A stretch of 51,657 bases of DNA, counting the filler, from Sphacelaria rigidula (lineage: Eukaryota), in assembly GCA_964200075.2 (NCBI GenBank). It is 4 parts of 4 records of this genome, joined end to end, with 100 filler letters (N's around TTAATTAATTAA, not from the genome) between each part and the next. Parts side by side here need not be neighbours in the genome. Positions count along the whole stretch, not along the records: positions 1 to 12,841 come from CAXNAA020003372.1; positions 12,942 to 25,780 come from CAXNAA020003373.1; 2 more parts are not named here. One strand, given 5' to 3'. Below, one piece after another: positions 1-13,640 of this stretch. The translations under genes and the position numbers were made by a program. A model generated the notes under the pieces. The model made no database searches, had not been told where the DNA came from, and was given only the letters and a program-made list of their open reading frames with translations. Each line of letters starts with the position of its first letter. Position 1 is the first letter of the stretch.

Positions 1-27
1 GGGCTCACCGCCGGGGCCGGAGGGGCG

Positions 28-69
<42 letters not shown>

Positions 70-974
70 CGGACCGACCCGTTACTAGTACCTCTTATCC
101 AAAATGTCCTTCCTCCATCTCTCTCTCTTTTCTATATCTCCTTCATTAATAGTGTTGTTTTTCACTCGCTCCCGTAGATCGTGGGTAACAGTCCATACCG
201 ACATGATAGTACGGTGTCCCCATAGCTTCCCCGGCATTTGTTTCCGCTTGTTTTTCGCGCGACCTTTCTGTACCTGGCCAATTCTGCAGGTGCGGACGTT
301 TCCTGCTCGTTGTTTATTTCCTTTTTTCCTCTTTTGTTCTCTTCTACTCTCCTCTATTTTTGTCGTTTTTTTCTTCCATGTTCGTGAGGATCGCTTACTC
401 GTGTTCCTAATCTCCTTCCTTCCTTTCCTTTCTTTTAGCTCTGTTGCAATTGCCTCTCGTCTTTGTTCAGTTTACTCCGTTCCCCCTCACTTTCCTTGTC
501 TTTTTCCTGCCTTGAGTTTCGTCAGAGTAGTGTTTTCGTTTCTTCTACTTTGTGTGTGTCCATCTTACGACCACGGGTGAATATCTCGGAGACCAGCTAA
601 TCTCGCGAGCGCCCGTGAGCAAGGAGGCCGCTTTTTTTTGTTTTTCCGCATGGGGTCCAAAATTGTTGCTTTGGCAGAAGGGGCAGCGCCTTCATGTAAA
701 CGACGGGGGTCGGATCCGGCTAGGCTATTGCAATACACGAAGCTTGTGTCCTCTTCTACTGACCGAAACCCTGACGAAGTGCACACCATGTACCCTCGGG
801 CACACGGGGGTCCACACTAAAGACAGTCACAGTGCCAAGGAAAGTGTGCCTACAGACAACGGGGTCGAGGTTCAGGCGCCGCGTAGCTGCGCCAATAACG
901 AAACTTCGGGTTCCAGACTTTTGGGTACCCGAATATATTCATTTTCAACGGTGATTCTGGACGAGGTACGCTTC

Positions 975-1220
975 CCTCCAACAAAAACCGAAACCCCGCC
1001 CGCTGGAAAACCCTGGATGTCCCTGGACTGTCACCCGGCGAAACTGTTCCGAGACGATGCCCACCGCAGTAGGATTGATCTTGGGGTTCACTTACAATAG
1101 TGATTCCGGAACAGGCACGCACCCCTCCAACAAAAACCAAAATCTCGCCCGCTGGAAAACCCTGGTATGTATCTCGGCTGTCAGCCGGCGAAACTGTTCC
1201 GAGATTATGCCCGCCGCAAA
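975..1220. repeat. Direct repeat pair, about 100 bp, period about 148
   Basis: CCCTCCAACAAAAACC...CGCCCGCTGGAAAACCCTGG...CCGGCGAAACTGTTCCGAGA occurs twice. Confidence 0.85.
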
Positions 1221-1224
1221 AGGG

Positions 1225-1330
1225 TTAAACCCTCGACCGCCAAGGTAGGTCATCTGGGTCAGGCAGTCATTTTTCAAGTGAAAATAATGCCGATTCAGTA
1301 GCTGACCTACCTTGGCTGTCAAAAGGTTAA
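1225..1330. mobile_element. Very short TTAA-flanked (piggyBac-like) MITE
   Basis: TTAA-ACCCTCGACCGCCAAGGTAGGTCA ... TGACCTACCTTGGCTGTCAAAAGG-TTAA. Confidence 0.7.
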
Positions 1331-1477
1331 CCCGAGTTCAAATTCACAAGATGTACTTACTGTAAAGGGAAATGAATGGAAATGTTCTGGCTCTTTACGT
1401 CGCGCATAAGATGAACTATATTCCGTCGCGGTGACAATATGTTGAGTTGGCATGACAATTTTTGTACAATGAACAAA

Positions 1478-3751
1478 AAAGGGTACACCCGAAATAAAAA
1501 CAGGGTATCGCATTTTTCGGTTTGGGGTGCGGCCATTCACGCGGGCTGAACACCTCGAAAACACGTTCCAGCGCCTCAGCCGCACGCCCAAGGTACCTAG
1601 GCAGCATGCCCCGATGAGTTTTTCTTGCACATGGTACTAGGCTTAATCAAGGGGCGGAAGAGAAGATCCTGTTACAGTAAGTGCCCTTTTTGTATACAAC
1701 CCAAACCCAGGAGGGTACGCCCTGCTCTCCGCTCAAGATTATCCCATACCCTTTTGTGTTCACGTGTGTACTATTTTATGATCAAGTGCATACTCCTTCT
1801 GTCAAGTTTTGCCCGTATCGCCAGCTCCGCAAAACATACGCCGAACAGTCACAACCATATCCATTTTTTTATGAAACTACACCCCATCAAAAATATCGGA
1901 ACCCAACGACCACAAAATTTTAGCCCCCTGCTAGTTGGCCCGCAGACCCCGACGACCCCACGGTGCATCCAGAGCGCGAACGCTTGTGTGCCGGAGATCA
2001 CGAAGATCCAATGAACATGTGTGAAAAGTCTCGTCACCTTGTGGAACATCAGGTGTACCGGCAAGACGTTTAACATGTGTTCGTTGGGTCTTTGTTATCT
2101 CCGGCACGAAAGCGTTCGCGCCCTAGATGCATCGTGAGATCGTGGGATCTTCGGCGTCTGCGGCCCAACCACCTGAAGGCTACCATTTCTTGGTCGTTGG
2201 GTTTCGGCCTTTTTGGCGGGGGTATAGTTTCATGAAAAAAGGCGGGGGGGGGGTATGGTTGTGATTGTTCGGCGTATCTTCTGCGGGGTCGGCGATGCGG
2301 GCACCACTTCGCGGAGAAGGAGGGTATGCACGTGAGCGTGAAGAGGTACATACAGTGAACAAAAAGGGGTATAATATTATTTTGAGCAAAGGGCAGGGTG
2401 TATCCTCCTGGTTAGTACAGATTGGTCCGCCTAAGAATCTCACTTTCCTTCAGCCCGTTCTAACTGACGATATTTCGCGAGTTGTGCCTACCATGACACA
2501 TGGTGGTAATCGGCAAATCAGGGCGCGTCTTCACAACCATGTAGCACTGCGATCGGACAAGGTCTTATCAAATGAAATACCGAGCTGTAGTCAAGTGCGA
2601 AAGTGTAGAGGGTTGAGGGTACGATGCGCGGCGGAATTAGCCAAAAGAAAACGGCTACAGTCGGTTGTGCCGCGTGGTGCCGCACAAGCTGTAGCACGAT
2701 TCCCGAGCTCAATGTTTAGTCGTATTCGATGAAATTTTGACATGATGTACAGGACGTATGTGCAAACATCCCTTCGTTCCTCACGTGTTCCTTCAGGAGT
2801 TATTGGCGACGGAACATTTCAGAACAGTTTTTGTGGAACAAAATTACCAATAATTTGCGAAGAAAGAAAAAACAAAGAGGGGGGGGGGGGGGGGGGGGGG
2901 GGAAGGGGGGGGCACGACAACACCCCTGTTAATTTTTGTAAAAAAAAAAAAANNNNNNNNNNAAAAAAAGAAAAGGAAAAGAGAAGCGACGGGGGGGGCG
3001 GCAGGGAGAGGGGGGGGGGGGGGGGGGTGGGGGGCGGTGGGGGTTAAAAAGGGGTCGTCGCGCATACGTCCTGTACATTTTGTCAAAATTTAATCGAAAA
3101 CGGCTCGAAATTGAACAGCATAAATGCGTTTGAATTACGGTATTCGTAACTAGCCCACCTCCGTATACTACAGGAACCGGTTGTCGACGGAATGGCGCAT
3201 TTACTTCGCTCAATCTTGGATCGTTTTCGATGAAATTTTGACACGATTTACAGGAGGTATGTGCGAATACCAAACATTTCCCCTACTGTATATATATATA
3301 TATATTTCTCCTACGTGAGTTATTGGCGACCGAACATATCAAAACATTTTTCGGAACTAAATGATCAATTGCTCACGAAAAAAAAAAAAACATAGTGGGA
3401 AAGGTTTGGTGTTTGCACATACGTCCTGTATACATCGTGTCAACATGTCATCGAAAACGATCCAAAATTGAGCGAAGTAAATGCGTTTCAACATCCCTGG
3501 TGGCTTCTTGGGCGGCCCAGCCTGTACACAAAAATAGTAATACCCTGACAGGCTCTCCTTTTCTGCGCCGTAGTTAAACCTAATACCACGTGTAAAATAA
3601 ATAAATGATCGGGCATGCTGCTCAGTCACCTTGGGGGTGGGGCTGAGGCGCTGAAACGTGTTATCGTGTGTTCAGGCCGGTGCAGCACCGCGCCCCAAAC
3701 AGAAAAATACGATATCATTTATTGTCCCAAAACCGCACGGGTGTACCCTTC
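1478..3751. repeat. Composite foldback structure: outer inverted arms enclosing three palindromes
   Basis: Outer arms 1478-1615 / 3607-3751; inner pairs about 1700-2021 / 2072-2417, 2705-2770 / 3058-3118 and 3205-3275 / 3402-3480. Confidence 0.75.
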
Positions 3752-6684
3752 TGGTATGTTGCCTGTAGTGTTTCTTTAATCGGAAAATCAATGCCAGACC
3801 CAGATGTCCCAACCTCCTGGCGATCAAAGGTCTAATAATAGGTACGAGCTTATTTGCGTACAGTATTGCTCAAACGATGGACCTTATATTTATTATCAAA
3901 GCTGTCTACCCCATGGCGGCACAGTAGAGACAGTGCGGAACAACTAAACACAGAACGAACGGCACCACAACAGTGCAGTTGTCGGTGTAACATGTAACAG
4001 TGCTGTACACCCAATGCAAGCAGTGTGTTGAAACGCATGCATGACATCACGTTATTTTGATCTCTGAGATTCGGATCGTGGGCGGACAACGCTTGACTCG
4101 AACTCCAAAGTTACCGCAGGAAACGTTCCTCTACTGCCCATTATTACCGACACCGTTTTCTCGGAGACCTCCTGATTTTTCAGACGTGTCGGACTCTGCG
4201 CTCAGGCTTCTCCAACGAAGAAGCGGCTTGATTTTTTCTCTTCACCTTCATTTATGGACAAGTCTGAAAATTGACGATTGCAACCCAGCACTTCCGCGAG
4301 CTGCCCGGTGCGTACCCCGTGGCGCTCACAAGCTTCCGAGAACCACAAATGTCCGAGAAAGTTCGGAGATTTCCGATATTCTCGGCACGGGCAAGGTTCA
4401 TGATGACTCTCGAATGCTTGTGAGCGCCACGGCGTACACACAGCGCACCTCTCCGGAGTGCTGCATTCCACTCCTATTTTCGGAACTCGTCTAAAAATGA
4501 AGGGTGGAAGAAAGAATCCAAGGGTATGATAATATATGGCGATAAAATATAGCGCGTACCTTTGGTTGCTACGAACCAACAGCAAAAAGCTCCGAAATTT
4601 ACAAATTATTTATCCACTTGGAACTTGCGGCAAATGTGCAAACAGGGGTCAACCATCCGCATGATGGAAGCATAACAGATAGACACACAAGCAGATGATC
4701 ACCTTTATGATGTCGCGTGTGTTATAAGACAGCCTCTGCCCAAGGTACTCCAGGACAGCGGCACTGCGGCACTGTCGCCTCGTTGTGTGAGCCCACCTCC
4801 CCAGCTCTTCATACAACAGCTGCCGTCAGGTGTCACTGGATATCTTACTTGTAGTAAGTACAATGGAGTACTCGCAGACAGTGGGGGACGGAAAATCTCG
4901 ATTCTCTCAGGCACGAGAAATACGGGGCGGCTCGTGAAAGGCAACTTGCAGTACAATGCTGTATACCGCTATCAATGTACACGGCTGTTCCATGCAGATA
5001 AGTCAGCCAGAAGTAGATGTAACGGTAACAGTTTGTGCTTAGCGGTCTGAACAGCAAGTAGACGGAGCTCCGGGGTATGTGCTGATATGTATAATTCAAG
5101 CGGCAACGACACGATCAGGTATATATACAGCAACTGGATGAGTTTGGGCAGAATCAGGTACGCCGCATTGCAATGCGGCGTAATTGTGAAAAATTCCTGT
5201 AACGGCCAAAAACATTCAAACAAGCCGCACGTGAAATCGTCGTCGTTGGCGTCGTCGTCTCTCGTCGGGTCGTCTGTTTGTCGACCACTTGGAACCCCCC
5301 GACTACTTTTCAAATTCAGACAACTACTGGATTTCGTTCCTGTTCGTCGTCTACCTCACATGTAGATAATTTTCCGACCTCTCTGCGTTTCTGTTAAGTC
5401 ACAGTAGCAAAACCCGGCTGTATACTGTAGAACCGTGCGGCCGTACTCAAATAAAAGAGTACATGCACAGCGAGACAGAACCGGCGCGGTAGGCACAGCG
5501 AGCCAGCGATCGGCTCACACGGTCCCAACCGCCAGTCCAGCTGGCAGTATATGGCGACACCAGTATCTATTATTCCTGGTGCTGTGGAATTTATCCCGGT
5601 GAGTGAGGGAAAAGTGAACGCGAGCACATCAATAGCGCTGCATGGCGCACTCACGTGTTCTCCTGCGCTGTACCGTCCCGTACTGGATTGTTGATAGTTG
5701 CATACCACGCGCAGTAGTAGTTAGTACAACAGTATGAGTACGGTTCGTATAATAGGAGGAAGCTCCAACAGCTGTAGCGTACATGTAGTGAACTACTGTT
5801 GTAGCGCAGCGCCCGCCTTCTCTCTTCGATGCAATGTAAGCTATTGATTCCCGTGTGCTAATAGTACTGTACTTGATGCATTGTACTGCTAGAGGACTCA
5901 CGGCCATGGTCGCAGCAGAGTGTGGGCAGCTGACACCTACCACGGTACCTGCAGAAGGGCGGGCGGTGACATAAACGCACACGTCAAGTTCAACGCTTGT
6001 AATCGAGGACACAGCCGATGAAGGTTCATCATGTTTACTTTCGTTTCAGTGATAAGTGGTGTTCGCTCCTTGCAAAACAGAGACTTCTCACAGCAGTGCG
6101 ACACCCACTCCCCGTTAGCAACATACCGCAACAACGATTGCAAACCAGACCTTCGCCACAAACGAGAGGTTGCTGCATCGAGAGCCGTCGATCGGACAGC
6201 CGCCCCTTTGACACAACGGCGACAGCTCGGTTGGAATTCAATATGGAAATGGTCGAGAGAGGTTCCCGCTTTATACCCGACTAGGGTTGAGGGGGGAAGC
6301 TGGGTTAACACGGAAACCGATATACCCTTGTCTTCTCTTTTATCGTTGACTTACTCAGTTGCCCGTGGTCTTGCGGCGTTCCCTGGTTGTACTTGTTGTA
6401 CATGGTGTACACTGTGCCCTTGCATTTCATCGCTTCCTTCCGAAGTTTCCTTCTTCTCCGTTCTCTCTTCTTCTCTCCCCATCTCTCTTTCTCTCTACCT
6501 CGTGGTAGACAAGTAGAAGTCTGGTGCCTTGCTTCCGTAGCACCATGAGTGAGAGCTCATACCCAAATAGTAGAGTCGAAATAGCTCACCCGCAATCTGC
6601 CCTCACGACCTTTGTGTTATGTTTTGTGAATATATGTAGTTATGGAGCATGTGCTTTTTTTGCGGAAAGCTCTTCTCACAATAA

Positions 6685-6844
6685 CCCTTTTGGGACCGTA
6701 CTCTCAGAAACATGGTGTTTGCACGCAAGGGCCTTTTAGTGAATCGGCATCATTTTCACTTGAAAACGACTGACGATGATACCGAGTAACAACCCCCCCC
6801 CTGCGTGCAAACACCATGTTCCTGGGAGTCCGGTCCCAAAAGGG
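6685..6844. mobile_element. piggyBac-like MITE
   Basis: About 45-bp TIRs starting CCCTTTTGGGACCG; flanked by ATAA and TTAA. Confidence 0.8.
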
Positions 6845-9800
6845 TTAAGCCATGCACAAGAGGTGGGCCCATTCTAGATATATACTGGAGTATGTGTATG
6901 ACGTATCATAGAGCATGACACTCATACGTAAAACCTATTGTATTATAGTAGTATTAAGCTGCAAATGGGGATTTTTGTAATTTTTGTCGTGGTCGGCGAT
7001 TTTCAACAGTATCTTCGCATGCCACCCCCTGTCCCCAGTGAACGTCTGATCTCGAAGTTTGGGGATCGGGAGATCCTAGGCATCCGCTCCACATTCCGAA
7101 ACAAAAATAATCTCTGCGCCCAATATTGAACGACTGACGGGCTGAACTGACAGGGGGTATTAGTGACCGTTCGGGGTCCAAAACGCATTTATTTCGGCTC
7201 TAGCACAATGAGCAGGTGATGATAAAAAATAAGGATCAGTAAAATCATTCACGAGAACGATCGGGGTTGGTCCACCCCCCCTTGTGCTATGCAGAGCTCG
7301 GTTGAGCAATTTTCGTCGTTGGGTACTTTTCTGAGAAAAATCGTACTTCCTCTGTCCCGCAAGTAAAGGTACCTAAATTCGTACGGACCCTTAACGATGT
7401 CCGATCGTTTTTAAAAAATTATTATCTCTACTGTATTTTTTGGGTTAAGAGAATGTGTTTATAATTTGCAGCTCGTGGTTGAACCATGCAGCCGCGCGGC
7501 CGAGAAAAAGTGGGTCGGTCCAAAAACGGCCATTTTTCGCTCGTTTTCCCAGGAAAGCATGATATACCCGGGAACACGAAAAATCGCGAAAAATGGGTAA
7601 AAAAATGTGAAAGTCGCGAAACCATCATTGATTTTGGACATGTCCGTGATATTAACCTATGTATGCCCCATCCAACATTTTGTTAGCATGTAATTGCTAG
7701 TGCTCGGCGCGAAAATGTCCAAAATCGGTCAATGATGAGGGGAAAATGAATCAAGAGGGGTCAAAATGGGGGTATATATTCAACATAGTTTTAGTAACGA
7801 AAACAAGTTTTTTTTCGGTTTTCTTTTTTCATCAGCTTCGTCTGCGCTTTGCCTTTCTAACGAACCCAACCACAACATCGTCGCCACCACTGGCATACCT
7901 AAACAATGTATCGTCGTTAGGTACCTTTACTTACAGGACAGAGGAAGTATACTATTATTCCCCAGAGCTCGAAAGTTCTAGCGACGATAGATATTGGGAA
8001 AAGAAGCAGGTGATCAGAATAAGATCCTCCATTAGTGTTGTCGGGGTAATACGGGGTATTTTCATTTGCTTATTTGTTCTTGTTGTATCATCACTTTTGG
8101 TTTTCTTTGACGAGTGTTTCCGCTTTGCTTACCTCGGATACATCCGCTTTGTGGTCACGGTGTCAGTTGACCTGCCGGGTGTCACTTAATGTGCGACAAT
8201 CAATCAATCTAATCAAGTTGCGCCCTGGAGTCTACTGCACTGTACTTACTCTACCGTATATGCAGGAACCATGTGTTCTTCGAGTAGATGAGGTAGCCCT
8301 GAACTCATATTGTTTTCAAGCGTGAATCAACTTCACTGATATAGTAACTGTGAATAATGCCCTCGAGGTATTGTCGAACGTGAACATAGACTGCAGTGAT
8401 CGACCGCTGATTCTTTGGAGTCTAAAATGCAGACTCCAGAAATCTAGGCCTCAAATTAATGCACGGCATGAGCAGGGGGGATGAACGAAAATTCGCGCGT
8501 CGAGCATATAGGCATGCCAGGAGGAGGCAGGCATCGATCTCCTAACGGCGGAGTACAGTGTTGGTAGTCGATAGAACAAAATAACACCACGTTTCAGATC
8601 CACCACGCTTGTTCATGAATACTCACCTCGCATTTGTACGCTATCTACCCGTCGTACGCAGGGGCGGCTATACTATGTGACGCTAAAACATGGAGTGTCT
8701 ACTGGTGGCAAGCGCGGGGCTCATTTTTGGTCGGTAAGAATCGGGATACCCATATTCCAACCTGCAACACACACACATATATATATATATACCCCCTACG
8801 ATCATTTTTCCATGTCGAAAGTCAATGGATGTGAGAGGTGTACTTATGATCATGCATAGTCATAAGACCATTGATGGATATGAGAGGAGGGGCGAATTGA
8901 TATCCGCGGAATATCGTGTGCTACTCGCAAGTACTAGCTAGAGTTATACTCCAAGAGGAGGTGGACATTCACAGTACAGTGAGAAGCCCGCCGCAGTACG
9001 GTCAACATCACTCGTCACAAGTCAGATATCCTATCCTAAAATCAAATAGTTTCATTATGCCAATATCGTGCGGGGTCCCAGCTTAGCGTGGTATTGTCGG
9101 GCCAACGATCCACCGCTATGCTGGGACCCACACATTACATTGGAGCCGAGACCATGGATGTGGGATCTTTTCATTCTCGAGTTGCCTTTATCGAGTCTTT
9201 CGGTTTATGTTTACCTTAGGTACGCCTATCATGTGGATGATGGCCACGGTCGGATCATGACTCCTGGGGGATCAGTTAATATGCGACAACCCATCAATCA
9301 ATCGATGACGTGGTTCCGACCAATCAAAAACTGTTTATTGTCAAAGTTAGTCATATAGTTGGTGCCACGTAGTGCCGACTCCTCCATTCATAGATAGTCA
9401 TGGACCACCCGAGGGGTTGGGCAGCATCGTTTGCGGCGGGCCTACCCTACTTTTTTTCTACTTGGTGTGTTTTGATTCACAGATAGTACTGCACGGTATC
9501 ACAAGGGAGGGCAGCTAGTGTCGCGCACGATACTATGCAAAGATACGCAAGACGTACATATACATCAATCGAGATACCGACTTGGTGGGTTTCTCATTTT
9601 CTTCAACTTTTGGGCGCCCAAGAATCCAAAGGCGGCCGGGAGGAGGGGGGGGGGAGGGGGGGGGAAGGCTGTATATCCCCAATTATTGCCTACGGGCACC
9701 CCTGGTAAGAAGTAGATCCCATGCAAAATGCTGCTTCGCAAACTCGCAGATGGTACACGATCAGTATTGGCATATTGGGTACAAACGTTTTAGCGCCAGT

Positions 9801-12004
9801 ACGTCTGTAGACCGCTTTCCCTGCCTTCTTTTTCGCCGGGGCTCGCAATAGCCATTTCAGTGGGCAAACAACGCCTCTATAGAAGAGGTTGTTGCCACCT
9901 CCGGCTCACGAGGAAGACACGCTACATTCGGTCGAGGTTCATCACCTGAGTTGTGCCGAGACGTTCGTTCAGCTGATGTTTTCTTACTCGGGCATCCCTT
10001 GGTGTTTTCCGTGGAGGACATCACAAACAGTTTGGTGGTTTCTTATGTCTTGGTTTCTCATTCGGAGCCGGCCCCGCCAGCGAACACTTTGTGGCCACTC
10101 AGGGAAGGCGTGATCGATATCATGTAGTCGAAAATAGAACACATTGCAATCAACCAAACGAAGCATGAAAATGACAATTACTTCCACGGTGGTGTGTTGT
10201 GCACGCGTGATAGCTGCAGCGGAGAAATGCGATCGTTCGGGACGGACACCCGTAGTCCTCCCGGTGATAAACCCGTTGGACTTGAGCTCGTGTATAGCTG
10301 TCTTGAATTTTCGCCAAACTCGCTCGACACCTCTCCGTTTACACCTCTCCCGACCAAGTTGCTTCGATTTGTTCCGCTTTAGTCCAGTCTGTCAGTACTG
10401 TCGTGTCTCTGAGCGTTTTCAACTTCACCAAGCCGGCCAGGGCTGTCTTAGAGACTGTCATGCATGGTAATGTACCACGCTAGGCTCACATAACCAAAAC
10501 ATTTACGGTATTATTTTCGAAAAGTCTTCGGCTTATTTCTCACACCCGCGATGATAAGATGGGTTTTTCTAGTAGGCGAAGGTCTTCTTCTTAGACTCGC
10601 GGAACAGCGAAGGAGGGGCGGGAAGATGCTTCTTATCCATACCTGCGACCTGCCGGAGTTGTGGATTCTCGTCCGAGTTGGCCTCTCCGCGATGCAATTT
10701 CCCATCTATAATATAATAGCAATATCTTCTCATTACGCCAGCGAATGATCCCCTTCTCCTAGTCCCTATTTCCCATCGTCACGAAACGTTGAGCCTTGGG
10801 TGCTTTGACAAGCTGGACTGACCAAGAAGCCACATTGCGCCATATATCTTTTGAACTAGCATGTCCTCGTAGTCGGCTAGTTGAGGCCGTGACGCGCAGC
10901 CACCCTGCTTACAAATCCGCCAACGTGGTGTTGTGAAGCTTGCGCCTCCGTGCTAGCACTGTACTTTGTATTAGGTTTTTGCGTCGCTGTTCTGAACATT
11001 TTCGCCTCCAAAACATTCCGAATTTGCCCAAGCGTTATGAGCGTATAACTTTCGTGGTGAGAAGAAAAGCAGCGACCTTCTCATTCCGTGCTTCATCGTC
11101 GATGGAACGTTTCACAGCCGAATCGCTATGGTGTATGTGAGTTTGTATGTAGAAATAATTTTTTGGTGCAAATATCGCCACGCGGAGCTCAATTGCCTGA
11201 GCTGGGACCTGAGATCTTGACAGGTGATTTGCAAGGTGCTCGCCGACACAATTGAACGCTCGCCAGTCTTTTCTTTTAAGTCTCGCGGAGGCGAGACTAG
11301 TCAAATGAACACTACATCCGATTTTCTCGGTCGTATCTCGGCGAAAAAGAAAAAAAAATGGAAGGGTGTTTCAAAGGTATCAGTACACACCGTGCAAGTG
11401 ACATCGGAGGTTCAGGTACGCAAGTCAGAAAATTGAGCTCCGTGTAGCGATATCTGCGAAGCCCCGGGCTTGGTTGGCCCAGCTTGTAGGAAAATCTCTG
11501 GCTACCGGGTCGTTACTCTATACCGCATGTGTATTATAGCACTGTGTGCTGCGCGTCAGAGATATTCGTGCACAAGCCGCGGCTAGCGGCATTGGCGTCT
11601 CAGGGCAGTAAATTTTAAATAGTACGATATACAGTAGCAGTCGCGATCGTCGCCAACAGGAGTAGCAGCAGTACATGTATGTGGTCAAAATATGTACAAT
11701 TGTTGTGAAACGGCCGAACGACATTGCATATTTGGCGGGAGGGGGGCTGCTGTAGACGACAACTGCGGGTGCGGTTGAAGGGTGTTCTTGTTTCATGTCT
11801 GAGGGTTGTGCAGCCCCCCCTCACCTCCAGACTCTTGGGTTGGCGTCGAGTGGCAACGGCGCTGTAAAACAAGCCACCAAAACCCAGGAAAATGTACAGA
11901 CTGTCACTGTACATATACCTGTGACCGCCACTAGAAAAAAAGTCCCGGACAGACGAACACAACATGAAAAATTAAACACCCCAATAATTTCCCCCCGGAA
12001 ACAC

Positions 12005-12617
12005 ATTTTATTTAACCTACCATAACACAGCCCGGACATGGACATGAAATAGAGAAGCTAACCCCTCTTTTTATTCAACCTACTTTAACACACCCCGTAC
12101 ATGGACATGGAATAAAGAAGCTAACTCTCCTTTTTATTCAACCTACTTCAACACAGCCCGGACATAGACATGAAATAGGCAAGCTAACCCTCCTTTTTAT
12201 GCAACCTACTTCGACACAGCCCGGACATAGACATGAAGTAGAGAAGCTAACCCTCCTTTTTATTTAACCTACTATACCACATTCCGGACATCGACATGAA
12301 GTAGAGAAACTAACCCTCCTTTTTATTCAACCTACTATAACACAGGCCGGACATAGACATGGAATAAAGAAGCTAGCCCTCCTTTTTATTCAACGTACTT
12401 CGACACAGCCCGGACATAGACATGAAATAGATAAGCTAACCCTCCTTTTTATTTAACCTACTACACCACAGCCCGGACGTTGATATGAAATAGAGAAGCT
12501 AACCCTCCTTTTTATTTAACCTACTACACCACAGCCCAGACGTAGACATGAAATAGAGAAGCTAAGCCTCCTTTTTATTTAACCTACTATTCCACAGCCC
12601 GGGCATAGACATGGAAT
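12005..12617. repeat. Minisatellite, 63-bp unit, about 10 copies
   Basis: Consensus approximately CCCTCCTTTTTATTYAACCTACTAYACCACAGCCCGGACATAGACATGAAATAGAGAAGCTAA. Confidence 0.95.
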
Positions 12618-12841
12618 CGCGGAAAATAACCGAGATTCTTCCCCATCATATTCTAACAAACGCAAGACAATAATAAATCAAAAACCTAGACATGTAAACG
12701 ACAGCATGAAGGTTGACCACCTCATATGCAAATCAAAAGTACAGAAGATATAACCAGTACGAATAGGGTAGGGTCATCACCCCCTCCATGTCAAATTCAC
12801 ATGGAGGTTGGGGGCTCGTGGTGAGATACCCGTAAAACCTT

Positions 12842-12941
12842 NNNNNNNNNNNNNNNNNNNNNNNNNNNNNNNNNNNNNNNNNNNNTTAATTAATTAANNN
12901 NNNNNNNNNNNNNNNNNNNNNNNNNNNNNNNNNNNNNNNNN
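12842..12941. other. Assembly spacer
   Basis: N run containing TTAATTAATTAA (stop codons in all frames). Confidence 0.97.
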
Positions 12942-13075
12942 TGGGTTCATTCTAGCCATTGTCACCAATATGAGGCGCTTCATGCAGCCTGAACCCGAAC
13001 ATCAGGCGCTGTATGGCCATTTTTTTTTCTCACACTTTTAGCTGGTTTGGAGGGAGGCTATCGTAGAAAGTGTCG

Positions 13076-13238
13076 CACAGTCATTGATACCGTTAAGCGA
13101 CAAAGAGCTACATGCGCCCGACAGAAGCACACGCACTCAGAACCATCATCTACCTCGATCGTGAGTGAGAATCACCAACGACGAGCGAGAAGTTCGGAGA
13201 GTGTCCTCAGCCTCATGTCTGGTGCCGCGGCTGTTGAT
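13076..13238 (+). repeat. Inverted copy of the MULE 5' end (pairs with about 22634-22796)
   Basis: About 160 bp of near-identical reverse complement, including the ATG and the codons for MSGAAAVD. Confidence 0.9.
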
Positions 13239-13640
13239 TGTTGACGCCGGTGCAGGCGGGATATACGAGTGTCTGACAGCTACCGAGTAAGGCAGGACTA
13301 CTACGTTGGACTGTTGATGAAGAAGGAAGAGAACGAGATGGGTTTCGTGAGGCTGGGGTCATTCTCGCTGGTTGATGTAGAACTAGGGACGATTGACACG
13401 GGCTCGATGGGGCGTACGTGCGTTCAGTGACTATCGAGGGCGGGTGTTCTACCTATTCATCCATGTCGTGGGTGCCGTGAAGCACTCGGAGGAGGCTGTA
13501 ATGGAACAGGCAGCAGTGTGTATAGTCAGCGTACAGCTGTTGTAGCAAGGGGCCTCCCAGACCAAAAACTCAGTAAACAGGAGTGATAATAGACCCTGAC
13601 CTTGCAATTCTGCAGGGGTCTCCGACCCTACATGTGGCCG

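Noticed and set aside
1-70. Poly-G tracts as G-quadruplex or telomeric sequence (also near 2880-3045 and 38895)
   Set aside because: Homopolymers at window or contig edges have unreliable lengths, and there are no telomere repeats.
104-580. Hydrophobic 158-aa ORF as a membrane protein
   Set aside because: A product of pyrimidine-rich low-complexity sequence with no recognisable motif.
12005-12617. CRISPR-like array
   Set aside because: Whole 63-bp units are homologous, there are no unique spacers or cas genes, and the context is eukaryotic.
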